The notes under the pieces were generated by a model. The model saw only the letters and a list, made by a program, of their open reading frames with translations. It made no database searches and was not told the DNA's origin. A stretch of 23,278 nucleotides of DNA from Seison nebaliae (Eukaryota): the NCBI GenBank assembly GCA_023231475.1, contig JALJEE010001175.1, positions 62,001 through 85,278 on the forward strand, given 5' to 3'. Made by a program: the position numbers and the translations under genes. Of the stretch, positions 1 to 13,058 are shown piece by piece; position 1 is the stretch's first letter, and each line of letters opens with the position of its first letter.

Positions 1-255
1 AGTATATGTCGTATTGGTGTTGTAGTCAACATTGACAAAGAATCCTTCGGCTTTTCCGTGAAGTTCGATCACATTAACATTCTTATCGGCATCTCCATAT
101 AATTGCATAAATCCTTTTCGTGGTGGCAATGGTTTTTTTCCTTTGATGGCGAACGTTTTCTCATACATCGACATGGTAAATTGTCCAGACATGCAACACC
201 GTTCATCTGCAAAGGCTACTGCCAAAAAAAGACTGATCAATAAAATAAGTTTCAT
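1..255 (-). CDS. 5' part of a secreted protein, probably ependymin-related (EPDR family); continues beyond the window's left edge
   Basis: The minus-strand frame from ATG at 255 is open to position 1: MKLILLISLFLAVAFA-DERCCMSGQFTMSMYEKTFAIKGKKPLPPRKGFMQLYGDADKNVNVIELHGKAEGFFVNVDYNTNTTYT. It has a clear signal peptide. CCxxxQF just after the predicted cleavage site and the later YGD...DYxxxxxY pattern resemble invertebrate ependymin-related proteins (family call is inference). Absent from the ORF track because there is no stop in the window. Confidence 0.65.
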   Translation of the reverse strand, partial: MKLILLISLFLAVAFADERCCMSGQFTMSMYEKTFAIKGKKPLPPRKGFMQLYGDADKNVNVIELHGKAEGFFVNVDYNTNTTYT

Positions 256-2806
256 ATTTTGTTCGGAAATTGGTATATTAAATTCATTTGTAGAACTTCG
301 TCCTTTTATAGAATTCAATATACATATAATCTGTCAAATGATCTGTCAATATTTGAATATCATTGAAACGCGACTTCCATCGATAACGTGTTAACTTAAC
401 AAGTTAACATCGATAACACAAAATAAAATGAAATTCTCAATATATCATTTTTTCGCAATATTTGATGTTATTGATTTAGCCAAAAATCGAAGTTAGCATT
501 GAAATCTTTAATATCGAGCTGTAATTAATATTTTCTGGGATCAGTTCCGAAATAGTGAAAATTATTTTACTTTCATCGAAAAATCGATAGAAGTTAATAA
601 GGAACATAAAGATAAAACCACTTTCCCAAAATGTAAATGAAGTTTAAAATTTTATTATAGAAGTAGACGAACAAATACATGAAAAAATTGAAATATCTAA
701 TAATTTGACATTTTGGTACTGAAGTATGAGCAGTAATGTAAGTATGTTACTGTTGAATATCTGGTAGTATCTAGGAAACAATAAACTTAAGTAAGGGTAG
801 AAAAATCTGTTGTAAATCGATGTTGTATATCTAGGTATTGTTGAAGCAGTGATAAATCCAGTAGATCAGATATCAATATGACTAATGAATAAAATTAATA
901 AAACTAAAGTGTTTGATTGTTGTGATCTGAAGATGTTCCTTTTCAAGAGTATTTATGTTCTCTATTGTCGATCTTTCTCCATTTCCGATTTAATTGGCTA
1001 GGCGGTATCTTTCTCTATTAGAGAAGATTGTTGCTTGGAATTTACCGACTCCATATCTAAAAACATAAGTTTTTTTATGATTTTTGCGATTTTTCTATTA
1101 TTTTTGGCTTATGTTAGTTTTACATACAAAAATGGTATACGTATATCACCATTATTCAATTGATTTATAATTTATGAGTTTTGCACCAATTCAGAGACTT
1201 TTGCCATTTGCCTATCAAAATCCTATTAATCAGCATAATTTTTCATATATCCTAATTATTTTAACTTTTAATCTCGTTTCTTGTAATTCGGAAACTTTCC
1301 TTGTGAGATAATTCCAAAAACTGAACAGCGTGATAATATTAGAAGATATCATAACTCACGAGGATAATGGTAGAACATTCTGTTTCAACCGGTGTTGAGT
1401 TCAATGAATCCAAACTGGAAGATTCAAAGAAATATCTAAACTTTTCAACTTAAATTCGAAATTATTCATATGAATAATGAAAACAAAATATCAGGGAATA
1501 AAAAAAATTTGCTCGTTTTTTATCAGTTTTCTTCAAATTCGTTTCTGATCTACATTTGACTACTCTTTATTCGTGCTTGTGAAAAATTTTCCAGGTAATC
1601 CACATAACCACACACCTGTCATGGACCGATGGTTTTCCCAAGGTTTTCCCGCACTTTTTAAAGTATGGTCAGTGTTAGTATGGTCCGAATGAATAATGTT
1701 GGTTGTCCGAATATTATCGCAAAGATAGATAATATGAATCTTTTATTGTTTCTGAAATTTGTTGATTGCATCCTATTCCATATCAGAGATCGTACCTATT
1801 TTCAGTTTTAGGAATAGTTTTTCTCAAAATAGAAATATGTTGGGTGTTAATGATTATTAATATTTTTTAAATTTTCCAGTTTCTAAATATTATGATGGAA
1901 ATCCTTTAGTTGTAACAACAAAGTTGTTTTAAAATAGTTAGATGATATATTCTTTTTTGAATAACCAAAAGTGAATAATGGACTAAATTTAGTTCTAACT
2001 TTGTCGACTAAAGTGAAAGGAGCGACAGATCAATTGGAAAATTGATTAATTTCAGAAGAAAATTCTTTTCCAACTAGAACAACAACGGAAGTTGATGCGA
2101 TTATCTGACTCTGCTAAACATGTAACAAATCCATTGGAAAGTTAATGTGAATTTGAAATGATGATTATTCAGATGAATAAAATGCTTGAATTAGCCTGAT
2201 ATTGTTGTTCCACATAAAGAAAAGGGATTGTCGCTTTTAACTAAAAGAGAAGAGAAATGATTCCGAAAATAAATGATTTTGTATTCTCTTGAAAAATCTT
2301 ACTCAATTTATTCACGGCGAAATTTATGATTAAGCTACTCTTCTTCTGGACAGGAGAATAATGCAATGGAGGATGTATATATTTTTGGGAAGTGCAGTAT
2401 AATCGTCTTCCCAATTAGTTCAACTACAATCGGGAATTAGGAGTTATAGCTGTTATTCTAAAACATTTCAATTATCTAAAAAATATTCTTATATAATTTC
2501 ATATTCCATGATACCTTCCGCCATTACCATCGTCATGGTAATGATGACACAACCGAAGATGATGTAAAATCTTATTATTATTATTAAAGAAAATTATATT
2601 CTGGATACTGGATGGGACCGAATCTTAACTAATTATAGATATGAAAAAATTTCCATCTTGAACAACGAAGCATTCTCGAACGAAAACAGATAATTACAAA
2701 TATCAATACGAAAATATTTCTAGAAAACTAGGGGGAAAATACGAGATACTGTAAATAAATCTTATTGAACATCATATTCAAACAAGAAATTTCCAAGAAT
2801 TCTCAA

Positions 2807-3440
2807 ATGTTCTTTTGCTGTAAAAGACTAAAACGGAATCATCATAAAATATCTCCAGTGGTAGAAAACACTATGCGCCAAAATCAAAAAGGAAATGATA
2901 AGGAATTTCTGATAACCGACAAACTGTTGGAAACCGGGAAAGAAGAGAACCAGAGGAATATTCATGTGAGCGCAGTAAGAGATCCGTGGATAGATAGAGA
3001 TCATTCAAAAGAATGTTCAGTCAATTCTCCATTTGATCAATATCAATACACGATTCCAATATCACCATCTGCATTCAAGTACATTTTCGAGGAGAATTAT
3101 TATAACTGTCGAATGAATAAGAATAGTCGACTTAGCATAACTTGCCCACACAATTTGGCATTGTTATCCAACATTTACAGTGGTGCAACAGATGAAATTT
3201 CAATGAAGAGTAAAATGAATTATTCCGATGATGACGGTTATTCCAGTGCTCAAACGAGTTCCACAACATGTACAGCTGCTGTTCAGCATTCCACGACCAA
3301 CACTATTTATATACCTTATTCAACCAAACTCTTCTATCAAATAAGGAAACGCAGTCGTTCTTTCCAACATTTCAATAATTCACAACAATCTCATCTTGTC
3401 AGTTTGGAAGAAACGACCAACTATCTGTTGAATCTTTCCA
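2807..3440 (+). CDS. Ser/Thr-rich coding exon of unknown function; candidate alternative first exon of PDE1, or a separate ORF ending at TAG 3443-3445
   Basis: More than 210 codons are open in AT-rich DNA. The first ATG is at 2807 (MFFCCKRLKRNHHK...); the ORF-track start at 2765 is TTG. The frame ends in TCC A|GTTAGT, a phase-1 donor with the same hexamer as PDE1 intron 3. Confidence 0.45.
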
Positions 3441-6400
3441 GTTAGTTTCGATTCTCATTTCTTCATGAAACTTTCCCTATTCATAAAATTTCTGCGATTC
3501 TCCATTATTCTAATTATCTTTTACAAACAATTCGGAGAAAATTAAACTAATTTTTTAAAGTAGTACCCAAACGTCATCAATTCGATTCCAATAGAATAAT
3601 CCTTAAAAAATAAATTTTCCAGGAAATAATATTAAATAAGAAGAGCTGTTTTTATTGTTTTAATATTAGGCGATTATTAGTTTATTTGATAAAGGCGATG
3701 AATATTAAAAATAAAACAATTCTATTATCTACGTTTCTATCAGAGACATCAGTATTGAATAACGTAATATAATTTGTTTTATTTGAAGAGAAGTAAAAAG
3801 AGGAAACAATGGCAAGAAATTAGTTATCGTATTGTATCGTTCGTAGGAAATTTGGAAATCGTGTTTAAATGAAGAGATTCCGCTAAAAATCTTTTCATGC
3901 CCAAAATCACCAAATAGTTCATTGATGCCTCAATTCTAAATATTCTCTTTTATTTATTTCGATGATGATGATCATTCGAGTTATGATTTAAAAATAAGTT
4001 TGTATTAAATATTATCTCACTAATTTATCAGACTTTGTCAAATGATTCCTATTCATTAATTCGTCTCTTGGACGAGATGAGTATCGTGTGAGAAATATTA
4101 TATTTGAAAAAATAATCGACTGGAAAATATTTAGGGAATATTGTCGTCATATTTACTGGGAAGCAGCAATCGACCTCAATAAGCAAAAAAAAGGAATGAG
4201 GGGGGAATGGTATCAAATAACTTTGACAGGTTGAATGAGTTGATGAATAGTCTCATTTATTCTACTCAACTACTAACTTCCCAAATGAAAGCAATGAGTA
4301 TAATTAGAAGAAATATAAGAAATTTTTTTACTATTGTGTAATATAGAACAAAGTAATTCTTTCCTCCTCCCTAACAAACTTATCAGTCGTCAAGTGCTTT
4401 ATCAACCCCGTACATCTTTTATTATTACCGGTCTCTTTTGTGCTGTGCCCTCCTCTTTCGTCAGCCATTAGTAGATATCAAATATTTGATTAATTATTAT
4501 AAACTATTTCTCTTTAACAACTGCTTAGTAATTTAAAGATTGGTAATTGTTAACTTTTTTGTAACAGATATTATTTAACGATGGAAAGTTAATGGAAGGA
4601 ATATTAAAGGTCATAAAAGGAGGTACTTTATGTTCACTTCATAGACATGAAAAAAACTTACTCCAATTGAAATGTTATTAATTAAATGTTCATTTGACAT
4701 TATGTAATGGAAATGTTGTTTTGTTCAACAAGTTGTTCGTTCTTTAAATTATTATTTTCTTTTGAAATTATCACTCTTCCTTTACGACGTGGATATGTAC
4801 GTTCAAAGAAAAAGATATGCTAAAGTAAATTTGGTTGATATTTATAATATTTTTATAAGATGGCGAACATTGTTTCTGAGGAAAGCATAAATTTTCAAAC
4901 GAAAATAAATCTTTCCGTCACTCCCAATATCAAAAGACGATAAAACTTTCAATATTATATTGCCGTTTCCCCCCCCACTTTCTCAGATATGTCCCCTCCA
5001 AAAAATAAATGTTTGTTTTCTTAAGTAGGCGAATTTTCTTTCTTTTTTTTTCGAGAAGAGAATGGAGAAAAATCTCGAAAAATTTTATCGTAATTTAAAA
5101 AAGGAAATATTTAAAAAGTCATCAAACATTCTGTTCTTGTACGGGAACTATTTCATAATCTTACGTAAGGTCTGAATGAAGTTGTTTTCAATAAATTCTT
5201 TGCTCACCATTCCTCGTATTCATGAGTCGTGTTAATAGTAAGTTAACGATTTAAAAAATATTTTTATTTCTTTCGTCTATAAATTCTCAAAAAACAGAAG
5301 AAAAAGAAGAACTTCTTTTTTTTGATAAGTGATTAGTGTAAAAAGAAGGGTAAATCAACTAAAGAAATGATTAAGGAATTTATGATTGTAAATTTATGTT
5401 TTTTGGAAGATGATGATGAACGATATGTATATATGTTTCATATATATTTTATATACATATATATATATTCAATTTTATAAGTTACATATATTCCTAATGT
5501 CTACTTCATCCGATTTGTGGATGTTATTCGGATGATGATAATATGAACAACATGATTTGGATAGTGGATATGCAGATTCATAGGTCCTTTCATAGAAATG
5601 TCTCGAATTCATTTATTTCTGTTTTTAAATTTTCGCATTCCCATTCTACTAATTCATAATTACTTTGAGCTATCACTTTCGTATCTCTTATTTCTTTCTT
5701 ATTAGTTCGTTTTTCTGATCTCCATTATAATACATATGTCAAAATTTCTCGTCGAAGTATGTCAAACTCAGATTATAAAATAATAAACAAAACTTTTATG
5801 GTAATCACTCACATTTCCATTCGAAGGAGGTTTCTTTTGACTTTCCAATAGACATATACATGTATTATAAGTCTACGAAATATGCACAACTCCAATATAT
5901 GTTGATCTTTCCCCAAAGAATAATTAAAAAACTTCTACAACAATTATTATCAGAAAAGGATATTGAAAGAACGTTATGTAATAATGATACGAATTTACAA
6001 CTCAATTTCTCTTGCTAAGAAGAAGAATCGATTTTTTTCAAAAAATCTAAATAAATCTTAATATACGAAATCTTCTTTTTTAATTAGAAATCGAATTAAC
6101 CGAAAAATGAAAGTTTCATATTCTTTCATAATAAATACTTAATGAGCAAACGTACACTGAATGGGAAAACACGTGAGCATCAAAGAGAAATTCATCGAAG
6201 GTGATGGCATAAACGGAATATGTTGTTCATCTATCCGAATTTCCACAATCTTCCTATCACCTATTTTCTGTTCAAATAGAGAGTTAAATGAGGAATGGAG
6301 TTTTATTATGTAAAAGGAAGTCGAACTTCTCCACTCCATTCAAAAGTAGCATGAGTTGGCAATTAATTATTAGAACAAATAGGAGAATATGAAGTGTCAG

Positions 6401-8223
6401 TGAGTGAGCAATCGATATGGAGAATTACAAAATAAGAATGGACAGAAAAGGAAGTTTAAGATTAATCGATAATTGGTCGAACAACAATAATAATAATAAT
6501 AATGGAGAAGAAAAGAGGAATCTCTTTTGAATTGATTTTTTGAGTTAATACTCAATTTATCAACGATCATAAGAATTCCTTAAAATTATTGATGTCGATC
6601 ATCATGTTAATCATAATTGTTATAGTCCATTTATTCTTATGATATATTTTGATGCAAATATCATGTAATGAAAATATTCCTCAAGAAAATTTCATTTTTT
6701 CTTATTCCATTTCGATGCTTTACCTTTTCATGAATATTAAAAAATCACTATGGAAGATCAGTTTCATCTTTATTTACTTTCATCTTTCTATCCAAATGTG
6801 TATGCTATCTGTCGCCCCACATATACAACGGCATATTTGTTTAGGAATCGTAGCCAAATGTAGAAAAACGGAAAAAAATTGAAAGAAAAGTATGAAAATG
6901 AAAGAAAGAAGATATCACCATCATTACGTGATTTGATAGTTGTCGTTCTTTTTAGGTTCTTTCTAATATTATGTGTGTGCACGTACATCGAAGTGTGCAG
7001 AACGATGTGTATGTGCGCATATATTCGATGAAATCCTTCAATGAATGTTGATGTTCTATTTCATATGAAAATAATCGAAATTCTATTTCATAAAATTCTT
7101 TTTTATCAATTAGAGAATATTTCGTTCCTAAATATCAATGTGCAAATGTGCGTGTGTGCTACTCCGCACGATAAGAAGGAGATTGATCTAAAAAAATTAT
7201 TTGAAAACCATCAACTATATCGTTCCATATCGTAATTTCAATTTTTTCGAATTGGAAAATTACTGTCCTTATGCAGATGTCGTTTTTTTATCATAATCTT
7301 TTCCTTCAAAATTTATAACAAACTCACAACATTTTCATTTTAACGACTATGGAATTAGAGAAAGTAAAATTCTTCAAGAAAAAGAATGGAACTTTCGTGG
7401 CAGCTATGCCAACCGGAGAAGTTGTCGAAGGTTACTTTCTGTCAAATTAGATTGAATTAATTTTCCAAATGAACCATACGGATTATACTTAAATTAATTC
7501 CACATTCCCATGTCACATCATCACATCGATGAATTTTATTGAAAGCATTTTCTCCTAATTTAAATTGCGTTAAGAGTAATCGAATTTAGAAACAGTCTAC
7601 GGTTCGTCATTCCACCACATTTGTCATAATTAAATCGAATTAAACAATCGAACATTAGAGAAGTGGAATTATTAGATCGATAGTATCATTAAAACATCGA
7701 TGATCATTTTTGTTTACTTGAATTTTGCCCATCAATAAATGAAACCATTTGTGAACGATCTATACGGAACAATGATAATGATCCAAATATAATTAAGAGA
7801 TATTCCGGTATTGTTGTCATAGTGGGATCTTAAAGATACATATTAATACGGATATTATTATTAATCGCAAAATTACATAATGTGTTTTAGGAAATTTATC
7901 AAATAGAAAATAATTTCGACGAAACGTATGTTACTCAGTCGATAGTTGCAGGCAAAGCTCTTATTAATTATTAATTAGTATCATTATATTCTTCCTCTTC
8001 AATTATTTATATCGATGTATTTTTTCAGGATTAAGAGAAAGAATATAATAATTATAAAAGCGAAAAGACAAGTCATTCAATTAAGTATAAGTTTTGCGTG
8101 GAAAAGAATCCTAAAGAGAAAGTAGTTTAATGGTTATCTGACTTAGGTAGGTGAAGACATAAAAATACATAAGATTTTATTTACTTCCACAACTTTCTTA
8201 TTCTAAACTTCTTTTTTTCTTTC

Positions 8224-8711
8224 ATGGCTTCTTTAGTCCCAAAACATTTGGACCAAACAACATTACCCGTCACTCAAAAGAACGAGAAATGTTCTTCAAA
8301 AGCTATCAAAAGTGAAATTTATCTAATCAGTTCAAAAGAAGAAAAAAAAGCCATCGAAGGTTCCGAAAATACTAAACCAAATCGACTGTTAGAATAAATG
8401 AAAAAAACTGATAATTAAAGTATTCGTTTCTTTTCTCCCGTTTAGAGATGTTTCAATAAACACTGATAAACGCGACAGTAAAATACAACGAATTCCTCAC
8501 ACCACTGAACAAATGAAAGAAGTAATCAGCCAAGAAGAAGAAAGAGCTGGTGTCTTATCAAATGAATCGAATAAACAGTCATTGAACACAATGGAATCTG
8601 ATTCTGTTGATTCGTTGGGTGGTGTCAATTCGGCTACCGATCTACGGATACAATTAAATTTAAAGAAAGATAATCCACCCAGGAAGAATGTCCGATTTGT
8701 CCAACAGCAAA
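8224..8711 (+). CDS. Two-exon coding segment (8224-8387, 8446-~8711); candidate alternative N-terminus of PDE1 or a small separate gene
   Basis: The ATG 8224 frame (MASLVPKHLDQTT...KPNRL) joins through a 58-nt GTTAGA...TTTAG intron (8388-8445) in frame to DVSINTDKRDSKIQRIPHTTEQ and ORF 8513-8719. Possible donors lie at 8712 (phase 1) and 8716 (phase 2). Confidence 0.5.
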
Positions 8712-11700
8712 GTTCGTAAAACATTTTCGTCAACTTCTTTTTTCCGGGACTAGTTTCTTTGCCAATTAAACAAACCTCACCTTTCTGCTCCAAAAGAGAG
8801 CTGTAAATAAAGTTGATAAAAAATGGAAGCTTATTCGTAAAGCATATGAGCAGATTAGATATCCTTTTACGAATATAAAAAAACGTCAAAAAATGAACTC
8901 CCAAACAAATGAATCAAAACTTGGATGTTGTAAAACTATTTTCGTAAAATTTTCAAAATTCGAAGAATATATATATTTTAAAATTAATACAGAATGGGAT
9001 ATGGTTTGAATGATAAAATAAAGGAGAAACCTGAATCATAAATATGATAATTTTTCATTTACATTCATTGTATATTGATTCCATACGTATGTTCATCATA
9101 GTGAGATGTCGAATAATAATTAAGTCATTTAATATGGATCGAATAATTTAGATATTAAATATCAATTACTATCCTTCCATTACATAATCATTACAGAATG
9201 TCATAAAAAATTAAATAGAAATGTTAAGAAAGAAATTAACGTTATTCTAATTTAGAATGATTAAAATTAAATGTTTCTTTATTCATGTGGAAAAGCAGGA
9301 CATTTCCTTTATTATGTTGTACAATTGAGAAAAGAAGCATATGACAAATATTCAGATTGGAAAATTATATTAATTTGATTTCATGTTAAGTTTTGGTTAA
9401 TTCGGATGTTCATTCGATCATCTTCTCTTTCGGTTGTGGAACTGGATGAGTTTTTTCGGTTTTTTCCCATCTATCTATGAACAATAAAGAAGAAGAATCA
9501 TCAATATATTCATAATAATTTATGACAACGACATGTCGATCATATAACATGAGTCTGAATGAGAATGCGAAAAGAAATTGAACATTTTATTCTTCGGTTT
9601 TAAGTCTTTTCACTTCTCCTTTACTCTCATCAAATCGATACAAAGTAAAAAAATAGAGACTTTAATTTAATGAAAACCGTCATAGTTGGAAAACTATAAT
9701 TTGTTAGACGAATTCTTTAGTTATGCAATTCTTTTAGTTTAAACAGATTAAATGTTAAATATCCATTCGGGATATTGACAACTTTCTGCAAGAATTAACA
9801 TGCCAATGGATTTTTGCCTAAAGTGAGATTAAAGAAATGGGAATAATGGGAGTAAATGCAAATTTATTGCATCGCCGAATGTATATGAATATTTCGGTTC
9901 AATATGACAAGAAGAAATAGTTAATCATCATAATATTAAAGAAGAAAATAATAAAATTTTTTCTTCAATTAATCTTTTTGTTAAAATATATGTAAAATTT
10001 CATCCATTTACCAAATCGATCTGAATGTTTATATATAATAATGTGAATTGTCATTATAGTATTGTTCCTCTAATATTACTGTTGTCTTCTACTCATATCT
10101 CGAGAGAAGTGACAGAACTAAAAGAAAGATGACTGATCAGTTGGTGGAAGGTAAGGAGCATTATTTATCTGTAAGAAAAATCTCAACAACATTCTTTCAT
10201 CCAATACGTACCATATTACAATGACAGAGGAGAGGAAATGAAGAAAAGAAAGAAAAGTAGCTCAAGAAAAGGAAACAGCATTCTCCACATTCATCGAACT
10301 CATTGAAAAACTATAGTTATCGGCGAGAAGAATGAATGATAAATAACAATTACATTTCATTAGCGAATACATTTATTACAACTATATTCTTTATGCGCGA
10401 CAACGATGCTATTTTATCTCCTTTTATCACTTTCGATCTATCACAACTCTTTCCGATTTCTTACCATTGAAATTAAAATTTCCAATATTCTATCTTCTGA
10501 CAATATTGTCCGAAGACAAAATAAGAAAGGGCCTATTACGAGAAATGCTGATAACTTATGGTATCTTTACAATCTTAATGCTTATATGTAATTTGAATTT
10601 ATGTTATTATTTAGATACGTTTGATTTTAAATTAAAGAAAATTGACATAATTTTGATAAAACGAAAAAACGGTTTTCCATTATTCCTTTCCAATTTGATT
10701 TCTATAATAAATTTGAATAATAAGAGATCGTACGATTATTTCAATGGAATATGTTCCATTATAAACATATTTCATTCTTTCATCCATTTCCTTTATGTCA
10801 TCATCTCATGTTTATGTGTGGGGATACCCTACAATATACAATTTACCGATTTTTTTGGATTCTATACTAAAAGATTTGATGCAATTCCTTCTCAATAAGA
10901 TAATAGATATACAATATATTATACGAATGAAAAGGTAGATTGTTGAATTGAAATATATATATGTAAATAGCTTCCACGACAGGAGAGTACAATTTAAACA
11001 AGAATATAATATGAATCTTACTTCGTTAATCGTCTTATTGTTGAAGATCGTTTAATAAGAATGGACAATAAATCGAATTTAATGAGCAAATTATTTCTTT
11101 TACATTTCTTTCTTTTCCGTCGTCATCTACAAATAGTGTCAGTTACAAAGGAGAAGCACTTACTTCAATTCCCAAGGTGTATTCTTTCTTTTAATTGCAT
11201 TTCTCTTTACATAATGCATAAAACTCGCCCATGAGAATGCAATGAATACACTTGAAAGAAACGTTAATATACCAATCGAACAGAAAAAATGCTCGAACAA
11301 TAGTAGTAGCAGCAGCAGCAGAAACAACTTGTTCCACGTTGGAGTAAATCGAAAACTTTCGAAATTAATTGATTGATTGCATTAACTTCCTTTCATGTGG
11401 ACATGAAAATCGATTGTCAACATTGGACAAAATCGAACAAGATAATATCTTCGCTAAATAATACTTTTCTTGAGTGAGAAATGTTTAGATGTGTGAAAAC
11501 ATATACCTTCCAAGATACATGACGAGATTATTTAAGAATATTATTCGAAAAAGATCTCCTCCCGATTTCTTTTTATCCCAATACTTAATAATTACTTGAG
11601 GGATTTCAGTTATTAATCTCCCAACGAACTAATCAAATTAGTCTTCGACGAGACTTCTGTCTGATTGAAGAAGATGAGATAAAACGGTAAGATTTCTTTC

Positions 11701-13058
11701 TATTCGCATAATATTATCGTCACTTCTTCTTAATTATCGAAAATCGTCAGTTGTATTGGCGATAGAAAAATAATTTATCAAGATTTGCTTGAATTATATC
11801 AAACAACTTTCTTATTCAATTTGCTTCAATAATTTAATTATTCTTCTTTCTTCAATCTGATTTCTTTTTCCTTCTTCGTTAATCGAATTATCCAACAAAT
11901 TACGTCGAGTTTTTTTGTGATCTTCATGTTCGTTCAAAAAACATTGCAAATAAAACATTCAGTTAGACATATTCAACGATACCTATATTCCGTTTGTGAA
12001 TATCTTATTTTCTTTCCGATAACAATTTAAAATTCATTCCAATTTATCGTAGAATTGTTGAACATTCTAAATATATTTCTGTAACTTTTCCTACATTTAT
12101 CCCATACAAATTCTTATCAAATTTCTCAAAAACAATCATGGTAAACAAACTATGTAATTTTAGAAAAAAAAACAAAAATTATCATGTTTATCAAAAAATA
12201 TAGGTAAAAAATAAGAATTCAACCAACCATTAAGTAATTGATATGTATTTGATATTTTAATGGATTTTTCCCAAAATCTTTGCTTGACTGTCTCGATTTA
12301 TTAAGTGAAAATATTTTCCTGGCCGATAAGCCTGATAACGAGTGAGAAAGTTGTGTCATGAGAAATCTTATAAATTGTTCTCAAATTACAAAGTTGCATG
12401 TTATTTGATTGGGAAAATGAGAATTTTAAATATAGAATCGATGGACGTTAATCTTATAAGCTCTTAATAATAGGAGAAGAAGTTGTTTAGAGTGATGGAA
12501 GTAGAAGGAAGAACATGTAAATTATAGTTTTGAATTACGATAAATTATATGTAGTTTAGGAAGAAATTTGTATTTACTATAATTTTTCATTAAACGAACA
12601 GACGTAGAGTAAGTGAAATTCAGATATGAATGTTCGTCTCTCATGAGAAAGAAGAAAAAGTTAAATCAGAAGAAAAATCACGCTATGTATGCATGTTTCA
12701 TGCAGACGAAATTAAATTTTCTGCTAAATTCCTATTTGATTCATATTCGTAATTTGGGATGTCTCCAACAAAGTGTCTTCACATATAATTTCAACCTAAC
12801 ACTTCTTTATTTTGTTATTGTCCAGAAATTGAAGAGAAACAATTTTATAGTAAAAAAATAGTTCATGATATTGGAAGAAGCTAACAGGAATTTATCGAAC
12901 TTATTTGAAATAAATTGATCTAATTAACTTTCGCGAACTATGAAAGTTTATCACCGTCGTTCTAGTCCATTTTACTTTTTTTTTATTTCAAATTATTTCT
13001 CTAATATAATAATATAATTATTCTTTCTAATTGGATAATTAAAGATTTAATTCCGAGA

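Noticed and set aside
690..1440. Exon/intron-like pattern on the minus strand (e.g. YFFESSSLDSLNSTPVETECSTIIL|GTGAGT)
   Set aside because: Every splice combination I tried hits stops within one or two exons and no family is recognisable. It may be a decayed gene but cannot be supported.
5424..11322. Microsatellite-like runs ((TA)n near 5440-5468, (AAT)n near 6486-6503, (AGT/AGC)n near 11301-11321)
   Set aside because: Short and ordinary for an AT-rich genome; no terminal (telomeric) repeat arrays or transposon ends were seen.
6139..12861. Short ORFs (6139, 6649, 6788, 7041, 8497-, 10406, 10467, 12613)
   Set aside because: F/I/L/K/N-rich translations typical of AT-rich non-coding DNA, several with non-ATG starts. 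8497-8904(-) is antisense to a better-supported exon.
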